Shown here piece by piece: positions 11,814 through 24,876 of a stretch of DNA of 64,000 nucleotides. Every line of letters begins with the position of its first letter. Position 1 is the first letter of the stretch. A program made the translations under genes and the position numbers. The notes under the pieces are model-generated. The model saw only the letters and a program-made list of their open reading frames with translations. It was not told the DNA's origin and ran no database searches. The DNA comes from Octopus sinensis (taxonomy: Eukaryota). The DNA is taken from contig NC_043009.1 in the NCBI RefSeq assembly GCF_006345805.1, positions 30,628,001 through 30,692,000 of the forward strand. The letters run 5' to 3'.

Positions 11814-12259
11814 ATGTATGCATGTATGTATGTCTATACGTGTGCATGTATTTGTATGCATATATGTATGCACATACGTGTGTATTTATGTAGCTATGAA
11901 TATATGTGTGCGTGTACTTGTGTATGTATGCGTATATTGATTCACGTCTCTTCGCTCATTTTTGCTTCAGTTATTCAAATTATTAAGGCCAAAACGTTGT
12001 TCTACTTTCTCTGTATGTGTCTAGGCGTGACGATCTGCAGGAAATAAAACAGCCAAGTTGGCCATGATCAATATTGCGCCGGGAACACGTGTCCACATCT
12101 GTCTTTTTCTCTACAGACAAACAAACTTTCTTATTCAAATTGGCAAACTTATTGGAGAATCAATGATTCTTAAGACTGTCAAACCTCATTTACAGAAGAT
12201 CTCAATTGCCCCTAAGTACAGTATTCTCTGGAAATAAAGATCAGTTCCACAAATTAGAA

Positions 12260-12330
12260 TTTTTTTATATGTTACGATTAATTTTTACCTTATTCGTTTT
12301 CCATTCGTTGTGTGTGTGCCACATATATAT

Positions 12331-12380
<50 letters not shown>

Positions 12381-12436
12381 ACACACAACGAATGGAAAAC
12401 GAATAATGTAAAAATTAATCGTAACATATAAAAAAA
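12260..12436. repeat. Inverted repeat: 61-bp arms around a (TA)n spacer
   Basis: 12260-12320 versus 12376-12436 reverse complement 59/61; spacer 12321-12375 is (TA)n. Confidence 0.9.
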
Positions 12437-12447
12437 AATATATATAT

Positions 12448-12492
<45 letters not shown>

Positions 12493-12517
12493 GCCATATA
12501 TATATATATATATATAA

Positions 12518-12559
<42 letters not shown>

Positions 12560-13771
12560 CTTATATTTATATATATACATATATACCAAGTTATGCATAA
12601 ATATATATGTATACGTGCGCGTGTGCAGGTGTTGTGAATGTACGTGTGTGTGTGTGAATGTGCGCGTGTGTGCACGCTTGTACGTGTATGTATGGAAAAT
12701 CTATGAGCGAAGTTTTGAATATTCATTTAACATTTGATATTTTACAAGATCGATACAATAAGTTCCAGGTTAACTATTTCGATTAATCATTTGATAATAG
12801 TGCTCCAGCACGGTCGTACTTCAGTGACTGAATCCAATGGTAGAAAAATAAGGAATTCTGTTTTGCCTTGTTCTAAACGACTGGGCTCCATACGTTGTCC
12901 CTATGCTGCCTTCGAAAAAACTGTGCGACGTAGTTTGAAGTACATTGTGCCTGGTATTTTTAGCAGATATAATGACCACATTGAGATTCAGTCATTGGTT
13001 CGTATTTTCGTTGTAAATATTTTGACGACACTGTTGTTATCATCATCGACTCTGTCATCACTTAGTGTTTCACTGACGTACTGATATCCTTCAAGGATAA
13101 AATGAAAGTGGCACAACAATGGAAAGCTTGCCGAATGTGTCTGTGTATAGATGTAAGACCTGGTTACTCACGATTCCTTATTGATTATAGATATTGTAGC
13201 AGATCTTTTCTACTATCTGATTATTGCTTCCGTCATTATAAATTCGATTACTAATGTGAAAGCTGTAAACTTTACAACTCTGACTGTTATATACGGCCTT
13301 TCAGATATGGCTATTCCCTGCCATGCCTAGTATGCTCTAATAAGAAGGATTAATTGCAGTAAGCTTCAATACATCAAATAACATAATGGTGTACTGGGTT
13401 GGTAAAAGTTAATTTGGCCTCTAGAGAATTTTCCCTAAAATTAGACGAGAAATGTTTGAAGTAATGGATAATGCAGCGCCGTGGGGAAATTAAATACATA
13501 GTAAACATAGCTTAGTCAAAGACAAAAATTATCAGTACACTGATGTCGATTGAACTTGCGTACTATAAACACACTCCAGCAAAACTCCTTCCTGAAGACG
13601 TCACTAGAAAGACTAGAGAAGTTGATCATGAATCTAGGACTTATACTGTTCCAAATGCTAAATGTGCCGGACTTATACGAATATAAAACCTAAATCTTTG
13701 ATAAAATATAACTATAATATTGACGTGTTGTCAAAGCACTTCAAACTCAATGTCTCACACACACACATACA

Positions 13772-13803
<32 letters not shown>

Positions 13804-13832
13804 TACACACATATATATATATTTATATATAT

Positions 13833-13909
<77 letters not shown>

Positions 13910-14897
13910 CATGCCACGTCTACTCTCTTCTCAGTTTTCCTCACAAGATTTTGTGTCACTCCAAGGTCGTGGTTAAATATCGTATATCGAGCTTCCACGC
14001 AGTGGGATCGGACTTTGAACATCATGATTGCAAATCCAGCTTCTTTGTCATACGACCATGCTTATGTGAATAAACAAAATCGTGTGTATTTGAGACTTTC
14101 TGTATCTTGTACGTAAAAATATGTATGAAATAATATATTAAGCGTTTCCCTGGTTGAATCTGTCTCTCCGTGTAAAATAATAGCTCTCGTTTTATCATGG
14201 CAGGCCAGTAGATTAATAGGTTCTTCCCAGATTTAATGTCAGCTATTTGAACTCAATCTAGCAAACTACAGTCTGTTAACCCCATTTTATTTTCTGACAA
14301 TATTAATGCACGAATTTGTATGCATGTGTGTATATATTCCTATATGCGTGTGCCAGTATGCTTCTAATAGTAGTATATCTTGACAGAAAGACAAGCATAA
14401 CAAAGCATGCTCATTTTTTACCTTTCTTTATTCAACATGTTTTGTATTTTGTCTGTGTGTGTGTGTGGTCAGTAATAGTTAGAAAGAAAATCGAATATTT
14501 TTGATTGAGTGTTGAGCCATTATTCGACGATGGGGCTCAATTTTTCTTTATCGCCAAACATACACCAAAATACGAAAACGGGATTAAAAAACTAGCGATA
14601 TAGTTTTTGTTTTTAATGGTTAAATCTGAGGGAAGGGCTCTTCGAGACAAGTGAAATCGATGTTGTGGTTATTTATCTCGCACAAGTTTTGATGCAATTT
14701 GACGACTGTGGAAGAAATAGAGGCAAAGTGTACGTTCCTATGGGGTAACCTCACGGGTAAAAAGGTTTAGGATATTGAGCTTGGCGTAGACCTAATTGCA
14801 CAGACCTATTCAGTGACAAAACATTTGAAGAGATGTGTGATGACTCGAGGTGATGGCGCATCCAGTCTAACTGCTTTCTAGTCGCAGCTTGCATAGT

Positions 14898-15075
14898 GGT
14901 TTCAAATTTTGGCACGAGGCCAGCATTTTCTGGGGAGATTATAAGTTGATTATATCTGGCACTTATTTTATCAACCCTGAAAGGATAAAAGGCAAAGTCG
15001 ATCTCGGCGGAATTTCAACTCAGAATGTAAAGATGGACGAAATGCCGCTAAGCATTTTGCCCGGCGTGCTAACGA
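14898..15075 (-). mobile_element. SINE family AB, tail B, diverged
   Basis: AAAGGCAAAGTCGATCTCGGCGGAATTTCAACTCAGAA...GCCCGGCGTGCTAACG is the reverse complement of the SINE body and head. Confidence 0.8.
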
Positions 15076-15671
15076 AATAGCTTAAATAGCAGAAGTCCAG
15101 TGGTTTTGACGCAGGCTTTGTTCTATTGTTTATGGTGGAATCACCAAGAAGAATCGTCAGTGATTGAACGACTTAGCATTTGTTGTAATTTGGTGATTTT
15201 ATTTGTGCGTTTTTGTTTGTAAAAGTGGTTGCTAGATTAATTATACATGATGGAGATAAAATGTATATGAATCTTTTGAGGAAGTTAGTTTAATGTTTCT
15301 GTTTGTGAACTCAGTTAAATTTTAAGGTAAGAAGTAAGTTTATGGTTTGTGTATCGAAGTTAAAGTGGGTGAGAAAGGTGGTGATAATTGTCTATGAAAA
15401 GACACTGTTGGAGGCAACGGCAAATAGTTCTATAATACAAAGCACGAAACATGTGGAGGAAATTTTAACACAGTTTTTGAAACACCAGAACTGTGAGAAT
15501 GTTTGATCATGGAATGGCTCACAACACATGACCAACATTTTCTAATCCGACAGACGTGGATATATATATTCCTTATATGTAAGCAAGTTGTCTGGGATTT
15601 TACGTGTCAGGATTGATTGGTAAAATAAAACCCATCGAAACTGTTACAAATGCAAAGCCTTTAGAGACGAT

Positions 15672-15835
15672 GTCGTGTAGCTCAGTAGTTAGGTTGTTCC
15701 ACTCATGATCGCAAGATGGCGGTTTTGAACAGGGCAGTGTGATGAGTTCTTCACAAAAATTTTTCATTTCACGCTGCACCAGTTCATTCAGCTGTGAATA
15801 GGTAAGCCAGCAACAAGCTGGAGCCCTGCTCAGTG
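15672..15835 (+). mobile_element. Old tRNA-headed SINE remnant (Meta/V-domain-like)
   Basis: A-box-like TAGCTCAGTAGTTAGG (15678-), B-box-like GGTTTTGAAC (15721-), then TTCATTCAGCTGTGAATAGGTA, which resembles the CAGCTGT...AATGGGTA motif of Meta/V superfamily SINEs (recalled, not searched). Confidence 0.4.
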
Positions 15836-17054
15836 AGGACACTATGACGATGTAGGTCACTTATACACCATGGAAATCGAGTAAGATGCCCTCTGAGATC
15901 TATTAACTGAGCACAGTACAGACTAGCTGACAAGGTGTATCTTTAAACATAGTCAAAACTATTTGGAAAAAGTTTATCGAAGTTAGAATACAATTCACTT
16001 ACTGACCTGCGCACACATTCGTATAAAAAAAGTCTATTCTTGTTCATTATTCTGAGTAGTGAACTCACCCCAGTTTCAATGTTTTATGTATTGTTTGTTT
16101 CAATGAATCGTATGTAATTGCCTTCAATGGCTAATAAAAAGGGTTATTATTTTGTTTTACTTTTTCATAATGTCGACTGAACATTTCAACAGTATTTTAT
16201 GCATTAAAAGTTATTTTATTTTGTTCAGACCAATACGATATAAAGCAAGTGTCAGTGATAAATTTATTGCAAACTTTCCAATATAATTTGTTAATTCATT
16301 AACAGATATATTGTTTAATGAATTATCTTATCTAGGCTTTATATTAGCTACCTACTAGAAAACATCAAAGGTGTCCGTTTCATTTCAAATTTGTACATAA
16401 AACCACCGAGACCAAATAGTAATTTAAGAAAAAAAAACACAGAATATTTCTTTTCATCTATAGTATAGTTATCTCACTGGAATAACTAAATCGTTACATA
16501 AATAATTCATAAGACACTCCAAATTGTCCATTGTAAGTATTTTATATATACTTTTTTGTACTTGTTATTTTTTAAGTGCTTTTGTTTTCTGAAGGGCGGC
16601 TTGTATTGTTAGGAGTTATCTATCATAATCAGCAGCAGCAGCATTATCATCATCGCCATTATCGTTGTATCATCATTATCACAACCATTGTTATCATTAC
16701 TATTATCAAAAGTTTTATAATAATAATCATTATTCTGCGTTTTTTTAATGTTTATGTAAATAAGTATAGGTATCGAAATTTGGGGAAAATGAAAACTTCA
16801 AAGATATCATAATTGCCTCAGGATTTTCGCGGTTCAAATCTTTGTATTGCGATTATGTTTTTGTTTCTTTGTATTTATTGCTATAAAGTTTCCATGCATT
16901 CCGTATTGTACTCTTTATAGCATTTATTCTTCAGTAATCAAATAGTTAAGGGGTCTTATATTAAATTGAAGTAATTTTCCTAATTTGTTCAAATTCCTTA
17001 TCGGTTATACTTTGAACTAAAGCATAGAAATAAATACGTCTTAAATATTGGTAT

Positions 17055-17265
17055 CAAAGTTTGGCACAATGCCGGCAATTTTGAGGAAGAGGTTAAATCG
17101 ATTGCCTGCCACGACCCTAGTGATCAGCAGGTACATATTTAATCAACCCCGAAAAGGGTGAAAGGCGAAGTTGACCTCGTAGGAATTTCAACTCAGGAAG
17201 TAAGGACCGATAAAATACCGATAAGTTTTTTGCCCGACGTGCTACCGATTCTGCCAGCTCGCTGC
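17055..17265 (-). mobile_element. SINE family AB, tail B, diverged
   Basis: Reverse-complement match to the head (ATTCTGCCAGCTCGC) and body. Confidence 0.75.
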
Positions 17266-18010
17266 TATAATCTATTATATTATAAAATATACACATTCAT
17301 AGCAACATTACACAGAAATTTCTTTGGTCTGCTCATCCCCTGTTTAATCTTAGCATTCATTTCGACAATATATAGTGATACACTTTAGGTTCAAATTCTT
17401 ATAATTGAAGGTATCGACTTTAGTAGAGAGACCAGATTGACAAGTGAATAATTGAATGCTTGTTTTTATGTCCTTTCAGACTGAGTATGCGGTAAACACA
17501 TGTATCCGTAACGTAAGAGGATGGGGTATTTGGTAAACAGGTGTTTACACGTGGCTGCAGAGTTCGGCAAAGATGTGTGACATTAACGTACATCTTAGCT
17601 TGACACTGTGTGATAATAAACAAGACCAGTAAGTGCCTTCATCGGTACAGGAGTTGTATTTGTAACAGTCACGAAGGGTTTCATATTAGTGTTCTAGCCG
17701 AACATATAAATCTCCCAGAAAAGGGAAGTTCACCTTGGTGAAATTTGAACTCAGATCGCCTCCGGTTAGATTGAATACAGCTATGAGTTTTATCAGTCAC
17801 TGTAGCGATTCTACCAAACCGTTGCAATTTCTACGGCAGCAATAGAAATAGGAACAAGGGATATCAATATCGCACAGAGAGGAAAACTGCAACAGAACAG
17901 AACAAATAAATAAATAAACAAACGAGGACAATAATAACAAGAAAAAGAGCGAAGCAAATGTAATGAATACACGCAGAAACCTCTTCTGCGAGTGCATATA
18001 TCCGTGTACA

Positions 18011-18045
<35 letters not shown>

Positions 18046-18422
18046 TGGCTGTGTGTGTGTGTGTGTGTGCATCTATCGTACACAAAAGTACTTGACGATA
18101 TTGATGCTAAGCTGTACATATACAAATTGAGAGATAAATATTTGAATGTAACTAAATGTTTAGTTAGTGAAAAGATATGAATAATACAACTTTCGCTATT
18201 CACGTATCTCACAGATATTGTTAAGTATGATGAATTATACGAGAGAAATTACTTGGTTGTTAAGGAGAAGCTGTTTATTATACACAATGTAAGTTTTATG
18301 TTGAATACATCGGAATGTGTAGAACGATGGAAAATCGGGACTGAATGATACAACCATAGTGCGTAACAATAAAGTCGATATCACGCTAAAATAGTTGTAA
18401 ACATATATGTATGTATGCGCAG

Positions 18423-18615
<193 letters not shown>

Positions 18616-18774
18616 TTCTACTGTTAGTGACCACTTCAAAAATTATTAGTGTTGCACTGTTTGGCTTTTAATTCAAAATCTTACGTGGAATGAAACTAAA
18701 TAGGACATAATAGATATCATAGTTTATAATACTGTAAGATATATCCACGATATGTGTGTGTGTATGGAAGGTAA

Positions 18775-18805
<31 letters not shown>

Positions 18806-18929
18806 TGTATACATACATATATGTATGTATGTTTATTACGATGTTGATATTGTATATGGTATGTATGATCATATATAACACATATTTGTATGTACTAAGA
18901 TTGCTGTATATAAACGTACACAGATATAT

Positions 18930-18971
<42 letters not shown>

Positions 18972-19584
18972 CGCGCGCTTCTAAGTGTATTCACGATTGA
19001 TATACCATTATATGTTTTCTGGAAGTTTGGAACTGAAAACATCACTTTCGCGAAATTCCTCAATTCATATGGAAGTTGGAAAATAAAGCATAAATAAATA
19101 TGAAGATAATACGAAGATCTTGTAACGACATTGACGACATTGTTATGGTTTTTACTAAGTTATCGATGAATGGGATGTTCAATGAATGAAAATAGGTCAT
19201 CGGGTGAAGTAAATCCTGATAAATTGTAGACAATTAAAATTTTAGATCATACATAATTATAATTTTTCATATTGATATTATTTTCTTTGATATATATATA
19301 TATAAGACAAAGTAGAAAATGCTAAAATAATTTTATCATGAAGAACATTTTAGTACCTGTTGCTGTCTTTACGACTTTTTCAAGCATGAAAAACAATTAA
19401 TTTGTGGAAAAATTAAATGCAATGTTTTTGGATTTTTAAAAAACATTTCCATAGTTTTCAAATACAAGGGACATTTTACTTTCATCTCTCTCTCCCTCTC
19501 TCGCTCTTTCTCTCTCCCTCTCTCTTTCTCTCTCCTTCTCTCTCTACTCTTGTGAAGGCTTTGTAGTATGAATATCTTGTTGCT

Positions 19585-19735
19585 ACTTTCAGTCATTAGA
19601 CTACTGCCATGCTGGGGCACCGCCTTCTATAATATTTTATAGCCGAATAAATCGAACCCCAATACTTATTCTATATGTCATTTTTCCGAACTGTTAAGCA
19701 ACGTGTACTTAAACACACCAACACCGGTTGTCAGA
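19585..19735 (-). mobile_element. SINE family C, 3' half
   Basis: TTTCAGTCATTAGACTACTGCCATGCTGGGGCACCGCCTT...ACACCAACACCGGTTGTCA matches 11430-11590. Confidence 0.7.
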
Positions 19736-20159
19736 CACGCGCTTATATACATACATAACCTTACCAATAATCCCACTAATCTCCATACATCCCATACACC
19801 ATTCATATTCCAATATTTATATCTACCTTAATTGCATCACTTCCAGAACTGCTTACCTCCCTTGCATGTAATGTTTTCACTCAAGTACTATCAGACCCAA
19901 CGCCATTTGGAAATCGGTGTTCATTCAAAGTCAGTGATCAGTTTCTGACGACACCGGTATGACTTTGAATCTCTATAATGATTCATCACCTCAAATCATG
20001 TAATTGTTTGTATATATCTTTGCTTTTCTTACAAAAAGCATTTCTTTTGTATATCTAATGTGCATTTTCTTTTTAATTTTCCTGCTTATACCACATGTAG
20101 TATATTTTCTTTGAAACCTATTTCTTTTATGTATGTATTGCTATGCTACTTCGAAATAA

Positions 20160-20237
20160 TCCTTATTATTATTATCATTATTATTATTATTATCATTATT
20201 ATTATTATTATTATCATTATTATTATTATTATTATTA

Positions 20238-20305
<68 letters not shown>
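20160..20305. repeat. (TAT)n microsatellite
   Basis: Direct inspection. Others at 20685-20758, 32961-33073, 35704-35738, 54841-54941. Confidence 0.95.
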
Positions 20306-20310
<5 letters not shown>

Positions 20311-20668
20311 TCCGCTTTAGCGAAGGTGGGGATATTGTAATCCGTCGTGTTTGCTTGTTTGTCCGTGGACCAGATACCTCAAGAACCGCTGGATGGATTC
20401 GGATGAAACTTTCAGGGATGGTTGGCCTCATGACTGACACAAACTGATTAGATTTTGCGATCGATCCGGTACTGGACAAAGATTCTGGATTCTTTTTTTC
20501 TTGTTAATAAACTTATTGTTTGAGAGCGGTCGAGTTCATTTTAGTATTCTCGTTTGTGAGAGCAGTCGAGTTTATTTCAGATATTCTCATTTTAAAAATC
20601 AACTCTGGCTAATCGTTGAGAGGACGTTGGTGTTGCCTTGTCAGAGTTTGCGCTCTCTGAGTGCTCTT
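20306..20668 (+). mobile_element. Helentron-associated non-autonomous element (HINE/DINE-1-like)
   Basis: 5' TT plus hairpin CCGCTTT-AGCG-AAGGTGG; GTTTGCTTGTTTGTCCGT tract; 3' hairpin GCGCTC-TCT-GAGTGC then CTT. Homologous end to end to 54409-54785. Confidence 0.7.
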
Positions 20669-20684
20669 ATTATTTTTATTACAG

Positions 20685-20746
<62 letters not shown>

Positions 20747-20771
20747 ATTATTATTATTGTGTGTGTGTGTG

Positions 20772-20900
20772 ACGGTCTTTCAGTTTCCGTCAACCAAATC
20801 CACTTGCAAGGCTTTGATCGGTCCGATACCGTAGTATAAGATACTTGCCTAAGGTGTCACCCAGTGGGAAGCAATCTTCTTACCTCACAGCCATTCCTAT
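20772..20900 (-). mobile_element. SINE family C, 5' half with deletion
   Basis: CTTTCAGTTTCCGTCAACCAAATCCACT...CCTAAGGTGTCACCCAGTGGG...CACAGCCATTCCT. Confidence 0.7.
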
Positions 20901-21299
20901 GTCTATTTATTTTTCTTTTTACGACTAATGCACACTCTCAGTGGTAATTAATAATTATGCAAATCATGTTGTATGCTTGAAGCCCTGTGGATTCGGAAGA
21001 CCAGAGCTTAGCCAGATTTCTGTATTGTATTGTGCTTTCATTTGGATTTTTGCTCAAAGCTTGACAGTTTTTCAAAACCTGGTTTTCCCTAATAATCGGA
21101 TTGTGGACTACTGGAATTATTATTAATTTTTTTGGTCACATCTAAAGATAAATATTTATTCAACTACTCCTCGTTCTACAGAGGGTATTTGGGTTTGTGT
21201 AACTAATTTGATTCAGGGTGTAACTTTAAATGTGCCGGCAAAAACGCGCTCGAGTTACTTGTCAGTTGATGGTAGCGGAGGCGTGGTCATGTGTGGAGG

Positions 21300-21712
21300 G
21301 GTTTGATGTTAATGATACGAACGACGGCGGCGAAGATGATGACGTCGACAGTGATGTTGATGATAATGATGAGGATGATGATGAGGAGGAGGGAAAAGGA
21401 TGATGGTAGTGGGGTTGGGAGTCGTTAGGGTGCTAGCATTGGGGGTGGTAGTAATAGGGGTGTTGGTGGTTGTGGTGATAGTTGTGGGGTGGTATTCGTG
21501 CTTGGATGATGATGATGATGATGACGTCTATCGTAGTGGAGCTGCTGGCGGTGGTGTTAAGGATTGTGAGTGTGACGATGATAACGACGATAAGGAAGAG
21601 GATGAGGATGGTGATGATAATGATGATGATGATGACGGTGTTAGCAGTGTTTATGGTATGGCTGACGACAGCGACGAAGGCGATGATGATGATGATGGGG
21701 TGGAGGAGGATG
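21300..21712. repeat. GAT/GGT-rich low-complexity tract
   Basis: Degenerate trinucleotide repeats; a comparable tract lies at 56340-56875. Confidence 0.85.
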
Positions 21713-22130
21713 AGAATATCAGCCGTGTCTCTATAGCCTGTTTCTAGTTACAAGCAAAACCCGTCTCTAGTCGAAGAGAAGACGACACAGTCCAACGTAT
21801 ATCCTAATCCGTTAATAATCTTACGGAATATTAAACGATTAAAAGATGTTCTATTTTTCGTTATAGTTACCGCAAAGTCGCTATTCATGTTTGAGAGACT
21901 TAGGATGTATAATTGTCGTGTCTGTTCTTTGTTTTCCGGAATGCTTCAATGGAAATATTGTCGTCATTTGAAATTCAAAGAACGCAATTCCACAGGTTCA
22001 TCACCAACATCCATAATCTTTACTAGTTATTGTTGTTGTTTAGCTTGATGTTGTCAACTCGGACCCGTGACCATCACATCGATTTGGGTCAATATTAGGA
22101 AAAGATAACTTCATTATCAACATTATCATA

Positions 22131-22518
22131 AGGCGGCGAGCTGGCAGAAACGTTAGCACGCCGGGCGAAATGCTGAGCGGTATTTCGTCTGCCGCTACGT
22201 TCTGAGTTCAAATTCCGCCGAGGTCGACTTTGCCTTTCATCCTTTCGGGGTCGATAAATTAAGTACCAGTTACGCACTGGGGTCAATGTAATCGACTTAA
22301 TACCTGTGTCTGTCCTTGTTTGTCCCCTCTGTGTTTAGCCCCATGTGGGTAATAAAGAAATAGGCATTTCGTCTGCTGCTACGTTCTGAGTTCAAATTCC
22401 ACCGAGGTCGACTTTGCCTTTCATCCTAAATTAAGTACCGGTTGCGTATTGGGGTTGATGTAATCGACTATCCACCACCACAAATTACAGTCCTTGTGCC
22501 TATAATAGAAAGGATTAT
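22131..22518 (+). mobile_element. Composite SINE AB: complete tail-A unit followed by a 5'-truncated tail-B unit
   Basis: Tail A ends AATAAAGAAATA at 22362 and sequence restarts at internal ATTTCGTCTG (22366). CTTCATTATC occurs at 22109-22118 and 22519-22528, flanking the whole composite. Confidence 0.85.
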
Positions 22519-22697
22519 CTTCATTATCTAGTCTCTCCAGTTAACTCTCCTCTCTTGTTCCCTTATAAGTCGAAACGGTGAGATCTATCGAAGATTTAGT
22601 TGCTCTTTCTAGCAAGTCAAGAAACCGTGTTGTAGATCTATTACTGACTAAAGAATAGTCACAATATTCTCGCTTTCCTTTCTTTTGTCGGCGTAAA

Positions 22698-22877
22698 GCC
22701 TGAAATTATAAGGGACAGGCGAGTCGATTACATCGACCCTATTAATGGACTGGTACTTATTTTATCAACCCTTAAATAATCAAAAGCAAAGTCGGCTTCG
22801 GCGGAATTCGATCTCAGAACGTAAAACCGGAAGAAATGTGATTAAATGCTTTGTCCGGCGTGCTACTAATTCTACCC
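22698..22877 (-). mobile_element. SINE family AB, tail B, diverged
   Basis: CCTGAAATT...GTCGATTACATCGACC...GGCGGAATTCGATCTCAGAACGTA...TCCGGCGTGCTA. Confidence 0.8.
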
Positions 22878-23567
22878 ATTAGAGGCAGGTGATAGATATG
22901 ACTTATGGTGCAAAAAAAGAAAGGAAAACGATATCAATGGTTTATGATATTAAATGTCCCTTGTGATTTCGAAGCAAAAATCCACCAAACGATTTACTTT
23001 GATTTTTACTTTATGAGATAATTAAAGCAATTTTACGACTGTTAATTACTCTGTGTAATTAATCTACTTTTAAAAATTAATTCTCTAAAGTGTTACGATA
23101 TTTCTCTGTTTGTAGTGAAGGCTTTCATTCAATTATGAGATACATTTCTGTTCCTTTCTTCAACATTTTATAGAGAAGCAAAGGTAAAGTCAGCTAAGGG
23201 GCAAAAGGGATGACATTACGGGAGCATAGTCAGAACAGCACAACGCTGAACGTTCCACATTAACGCATCGGTTAAGTCAACCTCTGAGATTCACACACTT
23301 GTTAATTTCAGGAGAATTTTCGATATACGTTATAGACATACAAATACACGCATATGTGTGTGTGTAGATAATTATGTACGTATATACGTATATGTGTATA
23401 CAAATGTGTATGTATATATATATATATATGTATATAGTATCTATATATATATGCATATATGTGTGTATATATATGTATATAGTATCTATATATATATATA
23501 TATATATGCATGTATTTGTGTGTATATATATGTACGTATATCTATCTATATGTATATGTGTGTATGC

Positions 23568-23631
<64 letters not shown>

Positions 23632-23632
23632 G

Positions 23633-23710
<78 letters not shown>

Positions 23711-24639
23711 TGCGTTTACGAGAGTCTACCTCACATATTTTGTCTTCTAAATTTCATTCATAATACCTCGGTTGGTTTCCTCATATAGTAGAAGCCATTA
23801 TTTCCAAATCGTTGACGATAGCTTTTTCCATCCAGAAATTTATGTGACATGTGTCGCATTCTCAGCGAATATTTCAGCATCATCGACCAAGTTAATCGGA
23901 AGCGCCTTGTAATGGATGTTCTTTAATCTTTCAACTAAAACCAAACAGAAGCGGAGGGCCGCCTGTTTTAATGTGGTTGTCGGAAAGTTAGACGATACCT
24001 TGATACGTCGGAATTTACTTCAGAATGCCCGTAGATACCTTTGATTGCATTTCTGTATAAAAGCAAATATCTTAAAATCTTCACCTCAGCTTTTAAATCC
24101 TGTCTAATTTGTCAATATAGAAGAGTGGCTCCTAACCATTTCAATGCCATTTTATTTAAATGATTTTTCCCACGGACCCCTTTTAATATGCTTATCCTTG
24201 TATATATACATACATTCATACATATATACATATATAATAATATAAACAATATATAAATATATACATACATATATGTACATACCTACATATACATGTATAT
24301 ATGGGTACATGGCATCAGAAAAAGTAGGCAAAATGAGAAAGGAGAACATGAAAAACAAAAACACAGAAAACGAACTTTTTTCTGAACAACAAAAGAAACA
24401 AACAAGCAGAAAAATGAGACGGGCAACATGAAGAACATTCCCTTCACCAGTTGACCCTGGTTTATCTACTACTCGTTTCGAAAGTAGGGACAAGACGTGA
24501 CTTCATTAAAATAGTCCTTCCTGCAAAGCAAATGAAACAAAATTTGAGGTTTTTTTGCGGAGAGAACAAAACAGTAAAATCAAATAGTGAGGGCTGTTAT
24601 ACATACATACATACATACATACACACACATATATATATA

Positions 24640-24800
24640 TAAACTACAAAATGGGACAAGAACGCAAAACATCCGGACAACTAGGTGATACAAAAAGGGA
24701 CAACAAAACATCCAGATAAACGATACAAAAACACGGACGGGTCATTCGAAGCCTTTAATCTTTAGTAAAGAACCGGATCATCCTCGCAAATTCGGCTGAT
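24640..24800 (-). mobile_element. (TA)n-flanked retroelement terminus related to 8265-8452
   Basis: GATACAAAAACACGGACGGGTCATTCGAAG matches GATACAAAGG...GACGTGTCATTCG. Confidence 0.5.
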
Positions 24801-24876
24801 ATACATATATTACTTTTAGAAAAACATAACTCCAGAGAAGAACACTCTAAGAGGTAGAGCAGCCTATATTATTTTA

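Noticed and set aside
12988-13088. Possible - strand terminal exon (GYQYVSETLSDDRVDDDNNSVVKIFTTKIRTND*)
   Set aside because: Acceptor ends in AAG, no partner exon, no homology; chance-level for 33 codons.
15600-15860. 86-aa - strand ORF that looks protein-like
   Set aside because: Better explained as the antisense of a tRNA-headed SINE remnant; no splice signals.
21400-21747. Acidic Asp-rich ORF
   Set aside because: GAT/GGT low-complexity repeat. The poly-Ser/Val ORFs at 56599-56925 were rejected for the same reason.
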